A stretch of 64,000 nt of DNA from Antedon mediterranea (GCF_964355755.1 NC_092674.1:26846001-26910000), one strand, 5' to 3'. Shown: positions 1 to 13,252, counted from the first letter of the stretch. Program-made: numbers and translations. Notes: a model not told the origin generated them from the letters alone.

Positions 1-200
1 GTCTTCTCGGATAAGGACTATAAACCGTAGGTCCAGTGTACACATCTACCTTGTGTGCACTTTAAAGAACCTAGCACATCTTTCGAGACGAGTAGGGGGT
101 TAACCCGGTGTATTAGTACATCACAGCCACTGATCACCAACTGGGCCCTCTGGGAGACCAGTCTTTGACTGAAGAGGTTACCCAGTATAAATATATATTT
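1..200 (+). mobile_element. Deu/Nin-domain tRNA-derived SINE, central domain plus 3' stem-loop tail (head lies outside the window)
   Basis: GTCTTCTCGGATAAGGACTATAAACCGTAGGTCC...GCACTTTAAAGAACC...TTTCGAGACGAGTAGGGGGTTAACCCGGTGT resembles the DeuSINE/Nin central domain. Near-identical to copies at 21977-22200 (+) and 24786-25005 (-). The tail folds as CTGGG-CCTCT-CAGTC ttt GACTG-AGAGG-CCCAG. Confidence 0.75.
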
Positions 201-554
201 CAATCAATAATAATTTATCTTATTGATAGTAATTTTAGCAATGTATTGTAAGTTATTAAGAATTCTGTTGAGGTTGCTGCTTAATTCAACAAATGGTTGA
301 TAGCTGTATATTTTCCAGAATTAAGCATGCAAGCCTGTAAAAATGAATTCTCCCTTTTCCTAAGTGCCCTTTCAAAGTGGCAACAAAAGTGATAATTAAG
401 TGCTTAACTATAGTAGCCTAGCTTAGGATGATTCAATTCAATTCAACGTAAACATTTATTTTCTTTCTTTCAATCAATAATAAAACAATTGAATAAGGTA
501 TTAAAAAAAAGTAAGTACGAATTTCAAATAATACATTTCATGAATATAATATAT

Positions 555-612
555 AAACACAACAGGCAAAGAACATTAGTTCTAAACCGCCCGGTGATAT
601 ACTGAAATTTTA
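555..612. repeat. Terminal fragment of the element at 8830-9160
   Basis: ACAGGCAAAGAACATTAGTTCTAAACCGCCCGGTGATATACTGAAATT matches 8838-8884 almost exactly. Confidence 0.7.
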
Positions 613-1210
613 ATTAATGATTGTTGCTCCTTTAGTGGAAAATAACCCTGTAGAAGTCATGGCTGCAGCAGGCTTGTAGTGTGTTGCTCCTTCCTCTTAC
701 ATCACTCCCATCCCAAGAGCTTATTGTTGACCTATTGGTTGAGTGCCTAGGAATTGGATATATTGTTTGCCATTTTTGCATAACATACACAAGAAAAATA
801 TCATCCAGGTGGTACAATATATGTTTTATTTGATGTTTTTTTAAAGACGTCATCAGCTGTTTTTACCAATTGTTTAATGCACTACTAAAATTGAATACAA
901 ATTTCAGTCGATAAAGATTTCAGTCCTATTGGTTAAGTTACAATTAACCTGGATGGTCCTACTTAATACTGACCTTAAGACTGGTGACTGTCCACTGTAA
1001 TGAGGACGTTGAAATTTGGCCTAGAAAATAAATGTCTTAATCATGCGAGTGGTCAATCAAGCAGAGCAGGAAGGGGATGTAACATTTCAACACATGCACA
1101 TTTCAAGGTGTTCCAAGGGGTGCTATTTTGGTGCCTAGTGTTCCTCTGTTATTGCAGACCTACAAAAGAATTATCAGTGATATGTGGTGGATAGGGCCAA
1201 TACTGTTGTA

Positions 1211-1565
1211 CCCTTTTCACACCTGCAAAAAGTAACAACTTGTAACAAGTAATCAAGTTTGCGAAGTGTGAATAACATTTTCTGGAAAATCTCCTGATAT
1301 TTCACCAGGGACCCATGTCAAATCTCGGGAGAAAATCACCGATTAGTGGCCTGTTTTTTTGTTGTTACGAGATGTCCCGAGTTTTTACTGCGTGCGCTTG
1401 TGTATTGCCCTGGTATTAAACTGACCAATCATAGTAATGAATGAAATATAGTGCACAACTATGCTTTCTCCCCCGATTTTGTGAATAAAAATGTGTAATA
1501 CAGGAAATCAAACCTGGGTATTACTTGTTAAAAAGTTGTAACAATTTATGCAGATGTGAAAAGGG
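1211..1565. mobile_element. MITE with ~45-bp imperfect terminal inverted repeats, flanked by TA on both sides
   Basis: Left CCCTTTTCACACCTGCAAAAAGTAACAACTTGTAACAAGTAAT versus right ATTACTTGTTAAAAAGTTGTAACAATTTATGCAGATGTGAAAAGGG. Confidence 0.75.
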
Positions 1566-3525
1566 TATTATTATTATTCTCTGTGGAGGATAATAACAAT
1601 TACATTGTCAATTAGCAATATGACTTATTGGCAGTTTTTTAATCATTTAATTCTAGACCCTTATGTATTAGGCCTACCATTAGGTGTATTTGAATGGTTA
1701 CGTTAAGAGCTCCTCATCCTCGCAAAAGATGCACTGCTCAGATAGAAACAGAGAGGAGTTCAAGAAGCTATATCTCAGCCCGATAGGCCTGCGGTTGTGT
1801 ATCTACTTAATTCTCCATTGTGCAATTGCTGGATGTAAATACTGCCCTCTTGAGAATGAAAGTTAATTTAAATACATTTTAACATTTTTTTTGTCAATTC
1901 CGTTTTTATAGCAGTAATATATTTTATGAGTTTTGTTAGAGGTGTTGAGAATTGCTCAGTTTTATCGATATATTAACTATCAGATAACACTAAACATTTT
2001 GCACATGGCATTTGTTTTATACGAAAACTCTGAAATGATAATTGCACCCAAATTTGATATATAACAACTTTTAAAAAGATATAGAACAATCGAACAGAAA
2101 AAGTGATTGACTTCAATAGACATCCTCTATTGTGTTTTCCCACACATTGTAAAGAAGAAAAAAAATAGCACTTTCGGTTTATCAAAAGTGATAGTTGTCT
2201 TTATGGAAATCCATTACAGATGTAATTCTCCTTCTTTGTATATTGACATTTGTTTTATGAATTTGGATTTATAATCTTGTTTGTTTTTCTTTCATGTGTC
2301 TGTGCTTATTTGGCAGATCTTCGTACCTTTGAGACAAATTTATCATCATTATTTTGTTTAGTGTTTTTGTTGCCCCATTACAAATTCAAAAGTGTGAACC
2401 AAGATTATGCCTCCAACTGTGTCACCTACAGTAGTTGCACGGTTCAGTAGCTTGGTGGTAACATTTTATCCAATCCCAGGGGCCTTTGTTCAATTCCGAT
2501 TCTGATCATATTTTATAATTTCTCTCATGAAATGTGGTACCACCAAATCTACGTCTAATAAAATATTAGCTTCTGCCATAAAATACATAAAAATATGATA
2601 TTGTGAATAAGTTTCTATTTGATTAATGCATGTGATAGCTTAACTATGTAACCAATCTTCTTCACAAATATCATTAATGTTAGTTTAGCACATTCTAGCA
2701 GTAAGAGTACCATTCTGGATTTCATGTGAAGCTTTAAGATATAAAATATGGCTGACTTGATTTGACAAGAATGTCCTAGTTCTAAGTGGACAACAATCAA
2801 GTGTATTGCTTTTCTTTGAAGTATCATAATCGGCAAGATGTGACGAAAGTGTTTTCACAGAAGTGCGCTTATTGTTTTATCAGCTAATGTAATTGTGAAA
2901 TACATTACCATATTTGGCAAAAGAGACCAGGGGGAATTATACAGGAACATGTAAAAATTCTGGGATAAATAGCACCATTGATATATTCATATGCGTAAAT
3001 GTGTAGTCATGCTTTTCAGTGCAGAGAAAGTAGCATAATAAGAATACTGTAGTAATGTTCGTTTTTCGCTGTCTAAAAACCGCATAAAATCAACATTGGC
3101 CTATTTCTATCTGAGAAGAGAACGCACGACTCAAAATACATAAAATGTCATTAAACACACATCGGACAATGGTACATTCCATGAAATACATACTTAAAAT
3201 ATACAGTATTCAAACAAAGTATATTTAGTCTACTTTCTGCACTTTCAACCATAGGTCTTTATCTAGTATTGATGATATATAGAAGTTTGTTATATATTAA
3301 GTACACAGTATAGTATTTATTGAAGATATAGACCTATCTATTTGGCCAGCTGTATTGATTTGATCAAATAACATTTTGAAAAGTATTATGTATTTAATAG
3401 ATATACTGTAAAATCCAATCTTCTTTGTATTGTAATCATATGCTTCTACCATCTCCCGCCTCGTTATTTCAAAACCCTGAATTCGCCACTGGGGGCCAAT
3501 TGCTTGTTCAATTTACTTGTCTGTT

Positions 3526-3570
3526 GATGCTACTTTTTTGTCAAACTAGTTTGATAGTGTAGACAGAGCT
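3526..3570 (+). mobile_element. Right-end fragment of Tourist/Harbinger-like MITE family A
   Basis: GTCAAACTAGTTTGATAGTGTAGACAGAGCT followed by TTA, identical to the end of the 63208-63365 copy. Confidence 0.75.
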
Positions 3571-6500
3571 TTATACCATGGCAGACACTGTCCAGAACTA
3601 CCCTTGATTGAGTCACAATGATATCAATTTTTTGTGCAATATTCAAATTTCCATTTACAATAACCTTGATTGATTCCATTTCTAATCAAGGAGATGGCAT
3701 TTGAAATACAACACCTGATATCAGTGACACAGGAAGGGTCACCAAAAAACCCTGTGAGTAACTTTCTCACAGCCTTCGTTAAAATTTCACCAGTAATACT
3801 TCCGCGCTGATGATTGAACCCTCGACCTCTGCAAGCATAATTGATCCTAAATGAGTCGTATTGTAAACTTATTGGTCAGTTTATCTTGTAGAATCTTAAT
3901 TGGATTAATCGGTTTTAGAGACGTCTTCCGTGTTATCTTGTCGTGGCCAGAAACGTTTGATCTTTTGTTTTTACGAGCTCAGCCTGAATACTTTTAGAGT
4001 TAGTCATAGATATCTGAGCAATTTGAAAAAAATTAATAAAACAAAACACCAATATTTACTGTAAAATAACAAAATCAGTTTATTCCTAAATGTATAGTAC
4101 TGTAAATGAAGAACTACCTGTAAATATTCAAATCTGTCATGTGTTTTACCAATAACATTGCAAGTTGTATGTTAGCAGCTATATTTACTGTATGCCTAGT
4201 TGACACTTCCATGCATTTTTATCCTTCGCTGTTTGAGGGTCATGCTGTATGTGGCAACTGCGTGTCATTCGCTTACAATTTACACATACTTTCTGCGAGG
4301 TTTGTGTAATATTTGCATTGGTTGTGCTTGCACACTAGGAGCATGCACTCCCGACTAACCTACCACGCAGCTAAAATGAAATTATGAATTTACTTTTTTA
4401 AATCTGTGTGACACCATATTTGTATTATTTTATGTTAGTGCTGCACGTTAAAAATACATATTCCGCCCCTGCACACCATGAAAACTAGCTTAACATGAAC
4501 GATGTGCGTCATAGTGTTCATGCAGAACGTAAACTATTTGTAGCATATGCATGGTAATAGTAATATATTAAATATGGAGCAGTGCGGACGAAAATCTATC
4601 AACTGGGTTTTACCGGCATTGCTCATATTCTAAGCAACCTTACACTAGTTCAGTTTTCACGGTAGACTGGTTTTAATTTCTTAAAAGCATAAATAATTAG
4701 CCACTTAACTGCCCTACTAAAATATAGGTTAATATGTGTACATTATGTATACAAAATATTTGGGGAAAATATTCGATTCTGTAACTTTACACTAGCCAGA
4801 GATCAAGACAATTGAAGCATGTATTTCAACGAATGTTTCAGATAGATAAGAACTTCCTTTCACCAAACTAAACAATCATTTATATTTATTTATAATAAGT
4901 ATTGTCATTGGAATGAATAATTAATTTAATACCAATTAGGAATAATTATTTAATTAGTGGCAGACTGGGTACTGTAGTTGTTCACCATTTAATTCCCACA
5001 ATTAATTGGGTTATTATGACCCAATATCATTGTAAGTATCAAGTATTGATTAAATTTCACCCGTGTAAATATTTGATTAGTTGTAATGAACAACTTCAGG
5101 TTATTGCCCTAGAATCGTCCATCAAAATTAGCGTTTGAAAGCCGGCTATACATCGCCGAGACAACCTGTCAGTTATGAGAGATTTAACATTAGACTGCGC
5201 TTTCTCGTTCATAGAGGAAAATCTTAATCCTTTTCTTTGAAGCATGCGTCAAATTTGATTTTGATTATTATGATTAAGGTCAGTTTAGGCCTAATAACTT
5301 ATTGATGCCGGCAGAAATCTATCGTATAAATTAGAATAGGAAATATTTACCTTAATGTCTAAGTCAAATAAGACTTTTCTTGTCAACAAGTCCATAAAAT
5401 TTAACATACCACTGACTATTCGTAACGTATGCCTATGAGGAATAAATGAGCTCTCACGTTCTGGTAAATACATATCTCTATAGAAATTTCCCTGTTATTA
5501 TGAAAATGTTTTGCCTTTTGGGATCTATGATTTTTTTTAATCTTTTTTTTTTGGGAATACAAATCAAAATGCGAAGTAAATATTTAATGATCGATTCAAT
5601 TAAGTTTGTTTTGACGTACTTTACGTTAATCTCAGTTGTGTTTGGTTAAGGTCATATGCTTGGAGTGCTTATGTCGAAAAGTTCATTTCAGATGAATTAT
5701 TTGCGTTCTTCTCAGTCATAAATTGACAGCGCCACCTTTATAAAGTACCCTGATGACAAATGTCTATTCTATAGAATTTTGAATTTTAGAATAATTTTCT
5801 GACATATGCAAACAAATTTCAAATATATTACAAATTAAAGACAATAATATCGGAGCATGTCTAAAGTTTAACATGGGCAAAGCACAAAACAGAAGTAGGC
5901 CTATTGATTATCTTTAAAAAATGTTATGTATAAGTAAATAAAGTATTGAGAAAATCTAAATAGAGAAATGCAAAAAAACACATGTAAAACATCAATCAGC
6001 ATCAGAAAAAAAGCTCTTTCGAAAAGGAGCTAAAAATACATATGTTGACGTCATCTCTAAAGTATTGCATACAAAGTTTTCCATTTATAATTTAGAGTAC
6101 ATCTTGAATACCTGTAGAGAAATCAAAATATTACTTGAACAAAAATATGCGATGTTTCAAAATTAATTATTTAATCCATCTAATATCATTAGCTTTTAAA
6201 GATTATTATTTTGACATTTTAAACCCAAGAAAATTAATTACGCTTATAGATTTTCAATTTCTTTTCTATGAAAAACATCATTTGTAATATTATCAGATAC
6301 GAAAAGAATAATGAATAGAAGCTTTTACAATTTTGTTCGAAGAAAACATTTTTCAATGAAATTAATGTTAATTTTTTCTTAGCATTCTCCATTTATAAGT
6401 ATCTAACAAGTGAGCAAAGACTTGATAAATAATTTTATAGTTTTTTTTTAGGTTTACAACAAATGAAAAGGTGACTTTATAAATTATTTGTTTGTGTCAT

Positions 6501-6904
6501 ACCATAACATCGTAAATACTATTAATAATATTTATTGGTTACTCTCTAAAACAGAGGAACTCTCTCACAATGAGAGGTTCAACAGTACAAAAGTTTACAA
6601 AAATAAATATCCATTCACAATTACAATAAATATGTCAAGTGATACATATTCTACAAACTTTAAAACAATAAAATATTGATATATTCAGGGGTGGAAATAT
6701 TTTTCAATGTTTAATTTCTATGTTATTTTACAAAAACATGTTATAACTAATTCTAGAGGGTGAAATTTTAGTTACCATCTAGAATTCATTTTTATGAATC
6801 ACTATTCTGTATAAATATACGGTATGATGTAATTTGTTTAGAACCTTATAAGGTAATACCAAATCTAAAATATCTATTAAGTGTCTCAGGACAGTTGTAT
6901 CTTA

Positions 6905-7065
6905 AACTCTGTCTACACTATCAAAATAGTTTGACAAAAAAAGTTTGATGTGCCCAAATATGGTAGTGATATGCTTAAATATGGTAGTAATATGACATCA
7001 TCTTGTTCATATATGGGCACATCACATTTTTTTGGCACATAAAATGTGATAGTGTGGACAGAGCT
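6905..7065 (-). mobile_element. MITE family A, full copy in reverse orientation
   Basis: TIRs (A)ACTCTGTCTACACTATCAAA and GTGATAGTGTGGACAGAGCT; interior is the reverse complement of the 63208 copy. Confidence 0.8.
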
Positions 7066-8829
7066 TAAGAAATGAAATACAATCATATCAACATTTTTTT
7101 GTGGATTACAAAAAAAATTAAATTTTTAATGTTACAAATCTTCCCAAAAATAGATATTCCTTCCTTACAAAACCTCAAAAGTATGTATCATAAACGGTGA
7201 TAAGTATAAATTCATATTTTGGCATTGGAAAGCAGACAAACTGACTTTTACAATTATGAATCATGTTTTTTTAAAACATTTGTTATAACCTTAAACTTAT
7301 ACACCTCCCTAGTGAGTTAAATTCCTAAATTATAGCAATTCATTCTTTCCTTATCCCATTCCCAATTATTTGATCATCATACCCTAGTTTTATATACTGT
7401 TTATGTTTAACGTGTTTTAAATGATGCATATTACATTACCCCCATCCTGTCATTTTCATTCCTCGTTAGTTTTGCGTTTATCCATCGTCAGCCTTCAGAA
7501 TCTCATTTGAATTTTTAAAAATATAATAATATTGATACTTAAATAGTCCAATGAAAGTGTTAGATTCATAAATTTATTTTTATTTGTGTACATTTTTGTA
7601 ATTGGTGCTTTTAAAATGGAGACAGTTATTAAATTTCATGGAAATGCAATATACTCTATTAAACTAATGCATTGTGGCAAGTATATTAGCCTACTGTGGA
7701 TAGAAAAGTGTATATCCTAACTTTCTGAATTTTCCTGCGATACTGGACTGCCACTCCTAACTGGAGTTTCCAGCTATTTTGAGTATCTCTAAGTGAAATA
7801 GTACGCACTATTGAGCGGTCGTTCAGTAATACTTTTTTTTTCTATTTTTTGCTTCATAAGGATTCAAATGACAGGAATTTATTTAGATGTTATATAAATT
7901 TCACCTCGTTGAAATATAACCTTTATTTGTACCATTACTCTACTATTTGTATACCACTAGGCATGTTTGGATTTTTAAAGGTGAATTCAATGCACTGGTG
8001 CGACAGATTTTCCACAAAGGAACATCATTGTTTACTATAGATCCTGATGTTGGTTTGGGCACACTTTTATAAATTCTCCCAATTTTTCATTTTGTCCACG
8101 TTTGGACCTCTGCCAACCTGTGAGATAGCTTTCGTTCTCCCAGCAAAAGATACTTGGCATTTCATAAAGTCTTCAATACTTTATAGAAATATTAAACTTG
8201 CACTAAACCACCAAAGTGGTTGACCAACTTCGAGCCAAATTTAGACCTCCAACACTTCAATTGGCATTTTATGTCAAACTTTTCTGACAGTCTTTTTAAT
8301 ATATCGTGTCTGTACAATATCACCTTTCATTATAATATGACATAACATAAAAACTAAGGTTTAATGTGATAATAATTTGGGCTGTGGTTTTGTTAAATCA
8401 TTATGATTCATTTTTTGTAAGGGTGTGTTTCTGCCAAAATTATTTTTAGTTTCATTGCAAATCTGATTTTAAAAAAGTATGAATTTTACTCAGCCCACAG
8501 AAACTGTGCTCTTCGTCATTTCGTGATTTCCATACTTGATTCCTCTCGTTAGTTTTGAAACTAATCGTTATTCATTCATTGAATCTACCTTAATTGATTA
8601 TACTTCATGTAAATTGATTGACTGACTCATTTAACATTTTATATTAAGAAAAAAATAGTATTGATTTCAAAATGTTTCTTAAATTTATTTTTGTATAGAA
8701 ACAATTATTCATCATCAATTTCAAATCAAAGTTTCGTCTAATTAAAATAGTATTTTAGATATATGAAAATATGATTTAAAAAGTACTAAAGTAATATCAC
8801 TATGTACAGGTATATATATATATAAACAC

Positions 8830-9160
8830 ATGATTCACAGGCATAGAACATTCATTCTAAACCGCCCGGTGATATACTGAAATTCAATTAATTAATTTGA
8901 AACAATAAGATAAGGAAATCTGTGAGAATGAGAAAAAGTCGTCCTCACCGAGATTCGAACCCAGACCTCCTGCTTGATATGCAGACGTCCTAACCATTAG
9001 ACCACTGGGGCTTTCATGGTACAGTTCAAACCCGATTGGATAGCGACTCTTTAACATTCTCGTCGTGGTACGGCGGAACAGCACTATATATATATTTTTT
9101 ACAAATAATATTATTATAGCCTGTGCTTCCGACATTAGGCATCAAGGACACAGGCTTTTT
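8830..9160. mobile_element. Helentron/DINE-1-like non-autonomous element carrying a tRNA-like cassette
   Basis: Sub-terminal inverted repeat CACAGGC (8837) / GCCTGTG (9119); terminal hairpin AGCCTGTG...CACAGGCT followed by a T-run; left end repeated at 555-612. Confidence 0.5.
8940..9011 (-). pseudogene. tRNA-like sequence (anticodon ATC) with a broken acceptor stem
   Basis: Minus strand reads GCCCCAG TG GTCT AATGGTTA GGAC G TCTGC ATATCAA GCAGG AGGT CTGGG TTCGAAT CTCGG TGAGGAC G, then TTTTT. D, anticodon and T arms pair and the A/B boxes are intact, but the acceptor stem has 3 mismatches. Confidence 0.7.
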
Positions 9161-9450
9161 TCCATTCTATAGCAATCGGGTTACCCCGTGTCTGGGACCA
9201 GCTTCCCAGACCGATGACAGATGCTACAGTCCTAGAAAGCCCATCAGGCTTCATTAGAAAAGTTCATACTCATTTTGATTCGCTGTAACTGTATTTTGTC
9301 TATGTATTTTAAACTGACTTTGAGGTATGGTCAACCGGCTCAGCTACAGTGATAGGTTCACTTAGGTTGACCCTGGTCTCCCCAATTTCAGTTTTTTTTT
9401 GTTATGTATATACTCAAATAGACCAAATAAATAATGAAATGAAATGAAAA
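9160..9450 (+). mobile_element. 5'-truncated CR1/L2-type LINE 3' end
   Basis: Frameshifted FYSNRVT/RVWDQLP motif typical of the CR1-clade ORF2 C-terminus, followed by a 3' UTR ending in AAATAAATAA(TGAAA)n. Confidence 0.6.
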
Positions 9451-9503
9451 TTTTGTTCAGTTTATTTGCTGAATTATACCGCTACTGTGCACACATGTAT
9501 TAG

Positions 9504-10217
9504 ATTTTTTTTCTGCTTCAGGCTAATAGTGTAAAGCAATATATAAGAAGAAGCCAAATCTGGACTAGTCATCATGACCATGTACCTAGGGTTTGATAAT
9601 GAGGAAGCGATTGTCTAGGGTAGCCACATCTTAGAAATGAACACTGACATGGTCTCCATGAGGGGATGGCTAGGAAGTAGTAGCAATGTCTGTACCTATC
9701 TCTCAGCCATGTCCTAATTAATAAGCACCCATTATGATATAAGACAAACATATTGCTACTTCTTTTTCTAGTCCGTTTCTATTGAGTTTGAGAATCATCA
9801 GATCTTTAAAATGGTTTCAACGACACCATTTGATTCCCGTCTCGATCGTCAAGAACTGTTTTTTTTCTGCTTCAGGCTAATAGTGTAAAGCAATATATAA
9901 AAAGAAGCCAAATCTGGACTAGTCATCATGACCATGTACCTAGGGTTTGATAATGAGGAAGCGATTGTCTAGGGTAGCCACATCTTAGAAATGAACACTG
10001 ACATGGTCTCCATGAGGGGATGGCTAAGAAGTAGTAGCAATGTCTGTACCTATCTCTCAGCCATGTCCTAATTAATAAGCACCCATTATAATATAAGACA
10101 AACATATTGCTACTTCTTTTTCTAGTCCGTTTCTATTGAGTTTGAGAATCATCAGATCTTTAAAATGGTTTCAAAGACACCATTTGATTCCCGTCTCGAT
10201 CGTCAAGAACTGTTTTT
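9504..10217. repeat. Head-to-tail duplication, 354-bp unit, 2 copies
   Basis: CTGCTTCAGGCTAATAG at 9513 and 9867; the copies differ at only a few positions. Confidence 0.95.
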
Positions 10218-10260
10218 AAACGCACTTCTGTTGATCAATTTGAACTGAACTCAACCCTGG
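10124..10260. mobile_element. End fragment of a Harbinger-type element related to 38868-39723 (also at 9770-9858)
   Basis: AGTCCGTTTCTATTGA resembles the TIR GGGCCTGTTTCTATTGA. AAAATGGTTTCAAAGACACCATTTGATTCCCGTCTCGATCGTCAAGAACTG aligns with the reverse complement of 39545-39607. Confidence 0.55.
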
Positions 10261-11319
10261 ATCGAGATGAGGTCTACTCACACTCAAAACAGCGTATAAA
10301 CATTGGACTTATTCTCTAGGTGCACTTTTGCCTAACGAACTGGAGTGTGGGTAACAGTTTTATTTCATAATAAGCTCTACCTTGACAGAATTAGATGGTT
10401 CACTAGTCGCCAATGTTATCGCAAACCCTGTCGCAAACGGTTCCACTCCGCTGGGAACCATTACAAATATTGCGCTCTCTCTGGCGTGGCCTTTTTTCTG
10501 TCATGGTAATTTAAATCTACAGTATTTTTCACAAAATCAGGTAGCGCAATGTGCCTCATGTCTTGAAGTGTCTACTGCACCTCGCTGTTTGGTTTTTATG
10601 TAATTGACCCAGCCGGGATATGGCTACCAGAATACTATGACTGAGCTTGTCAAAGTTTGACTGTGATTGGTGAATAGTGCTAATATGATCAATCATTTAA
10701 ATCAAAGGCATGACCTTTTAACCAGACCACTATAAAGTCTAATAGCAGGTCTGTCTAATTCAATTACGTTGTATTGGTTTACCTTTCTAAGCTTTATCGT
10801 TTTTAGTACTTTGCATAATTTCAACAGCTATTCTGTTGCAGGCATTTAATTATGTTGATTGCAAATATTATATTACTTATGTCAACATGGATGTGTGTGA
10901 CAGAAAAACCACCCAGATGAATCTCTTGCACATCTGAATAAACTATCGTTATTGTCCCTAAAGCATCCATACATAAATCACACCTCATTAAGTTATACTT
11001 TACCAAATGCGAAGTCCCTATCATTACACAGTCAACTACTGTAGCTAAGCAATCTGAAACAAAAATTGCACAAATTAGTAGTTTATGCAGAACACATAAT
11101 ATTGCTTGGAGCTGTTGAACTTTTTCATGTTTTACAATGCAGTAGTAGTTATTAATAGGATAATACTTTATTCATTGTTATAATAAAATTGATAATAGGT
11201 TTCTGATATGTATCAAGTGCATATTGTTTTAGGGCTTAGCTTTTTGGAATGGGGCACACCTGGGGCACAACTAGGGCAACCACAAGATCTAAATACTTTT
11301 TCTTTGTGGAAAAAAACTG

Positions 11320-11735
11320 TTGTAGAAAATCAGAAAGAGAATAAGTGGCGTATCAACTTTTGTGCCACAATTCTTTCTACTTTATGATTTTTTTATTTTT
11401 TTATTATTTTGAAAGTCATCTCAAGTAAATAGATACATATGCACCATTTGGTAGAGCATTTAAATAAAACATAAAAGATTTGTAGAAAATCAGAAAGGAA
11501 CAGGAATATAGTGATATCAGCTCACAGTTCTTTCCAATTAAATTAGTTTTTTAATTATTTTAATTTCTCAAGTAAATAGATACGTACAAACCATTTGGTG
11601 GTGTATTGGCTTTTGTGCCATAATTCTTCCCAATTTGATGATGTTTTAAAATTATTTTAAAAGTCATCTCAAGTAGGCCTAAATAGATACATACACACCA
11701 TTTGGTAGAGCATTTAAATAAAATATAAAAAAGAT
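11320..11735. repeat. Three diverged local repeats of ~130-160 bp
   Basis: Recurring blocks: TGTAGAAAATCAGAAAG, TCTCAAGTAAATAGATAC, CCATTTGGT, GAGCATTTAAATAAAA. Confidence 0.8.
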
Positions 11736-12538
11736 TATCATTTTATTTGTTTAAAATATACAGCTACATCAAAAAATAAAGTAACAATAAAAGTTTAGTG
11801 TCATCCTTGATAATCCCAGCCCCAGGGCTTCAATTAATTGAACATTTAAAGATAAGTTTAAAGGTTTTTAAAAGGAAGTATTATTCATCAACAAAGTACA
11901 ATATGCTTTGATGATGAGAGGCAGCTTCTGTGTACCAACATGGTACAATTTTATTTTCTTCTTTTATATGACCACAAGGAATCAACCAAAGATTCTATTG
12001 AAATTAATATAGATTATTTAACTTACGGTAACTTTTTAACATAAAAAACTTGGTCAACGAATTTAACAATTTAAAATAAAGTAATGTGGATTATTTAACT
12101 AAACCTTTTAACCTAAAAAGATTTGACAATAATTAGGTGATAACTTGACAGACAATCCTAATAATGCAATAAAACCATCCAAAATCTTGAGATGAGTAAA
12201 AGGGATTGTGGCTATGTATGATATAAGAATTAGGTAACTGAAAAAAATAGAGTTTTCAAATAAAATGACTTATTCAATCAATCAGCAGTTCAAGGTACAA
12301 ATTATATAAAGATTATTGCAGTGTTGTTATTGTATATTAAAGTGCTAAACTACTTTCTCTTTTAAAAACACACAACTGTTAACAAAATTGTTTTTATTGC
12401 ACTCATTATTGAATCTCAGTATGAATTTTTGTAAGTGCACTCTGAAAAATCATATAAAGTCATGTGTGTGCTCTTTTCCGAGTGTGGTCTTGCCTTCTCT
12501 TAAAAAATTTCTCTTTAGAATACACTACATATCTTTAA

Positions 12539-12688
12539 AGCTCTGTCTACACTATCAAACTTTATGTAACAAAAAATGTGATGTGTCCGTATATGGACAT
12601 GATGATGTCATATCACTACCATATTTAAGTATATCACTACTATATTTGGGCACATCACACTCTTTTTGTCAAACTAGTTTGATAGTGT
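12539..12688 (+). mobile_element. MITE family A, right TIR truncated
   Basis: AGCTCTGTCTACACTATCAAAC...GTCAAACTAGTTTGATAGTGT. Confidence 0.8.
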
Positions 12689-12732
12689 TATAACTGTAAA
12701 TAAGCCAACTCTCTCAATACCGGACCCACTTG

Positions 12733-13252
12733 AAATGGCCTAATACAGTATGTCTGGTTTTTAGAAATTCTGACATTTTAAATGTTTTTAATGGCAAAAT
12801 TTGTATTTATGGTGTTCAATGTGTCTTTTTAAAATGTATTGTTTTATGGTAATTTCAAGCATAAAGTATGGCAAACAAAAAAACAGATTCTCATATCTGT
12901 TTCCGAAGTATCATAGGAATATTTGGTAATACACTGGGAATCGGGTAAAAAAACGATTAGGCAGACTACAGTACTTCTCACTATAATTTATAATAGTTAT
13001 AATATTTGATTTTGTTTTCTCGAAAACAGTAGTTGTTTCTTTCAACGTACATAATCTGCACTTGAGTTTAAAATTCACAGGAAACATTTTGAGCCATTAG
13101 TTGTGTGAAATAACAAGAAAAAGGCATTATCCATTCCCAGCTGACATACTATACTTTAAAAAACTAATAGATCAAGAGATAATTTGGACAGGTGTCCTGA
13201 GGTGATTAACAGGGAGTGGATCAGACCTGGATACTACTGTATTAGGTCATTT
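12733..13252. repeat. Segment bounded by 18-bp inverted repeats (possible old MITE)
   Basis: AAATGGCCTAATACAGTA ... TACTGTATTAGGTCATTT, one mismatch. Confidence 0.4.

Noticed and set aside
169-200. CTGAAGA hammerhead-like word in the SINE tail
   Set aside because: No downstream stem II plus GAAA; it is part of the tail stem-loop.
2440-2510. tRNA-like fragment (also ~3800-3835 and ~44025-44090)
   Set aside because: Only degenerate A/B-box remnants and no cloverleaf; probably old SINE heads.
3690-3752. Possible 63-bp exon (EMAFEIQHLISVTQEGSPKNP) ending at GTGAGT
   Set aside because: Weak AAG acceptor, and the peptide does not resemble the missing EXPERA N-terminus or anything I recognise.
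8940-9011. Functional tRNA-Asp(ATC) gene
   Set aside because: The acceptor stem has three mismatches, the anticodon is atypical and it sits inside a repeat; kept as tRNA-like only.
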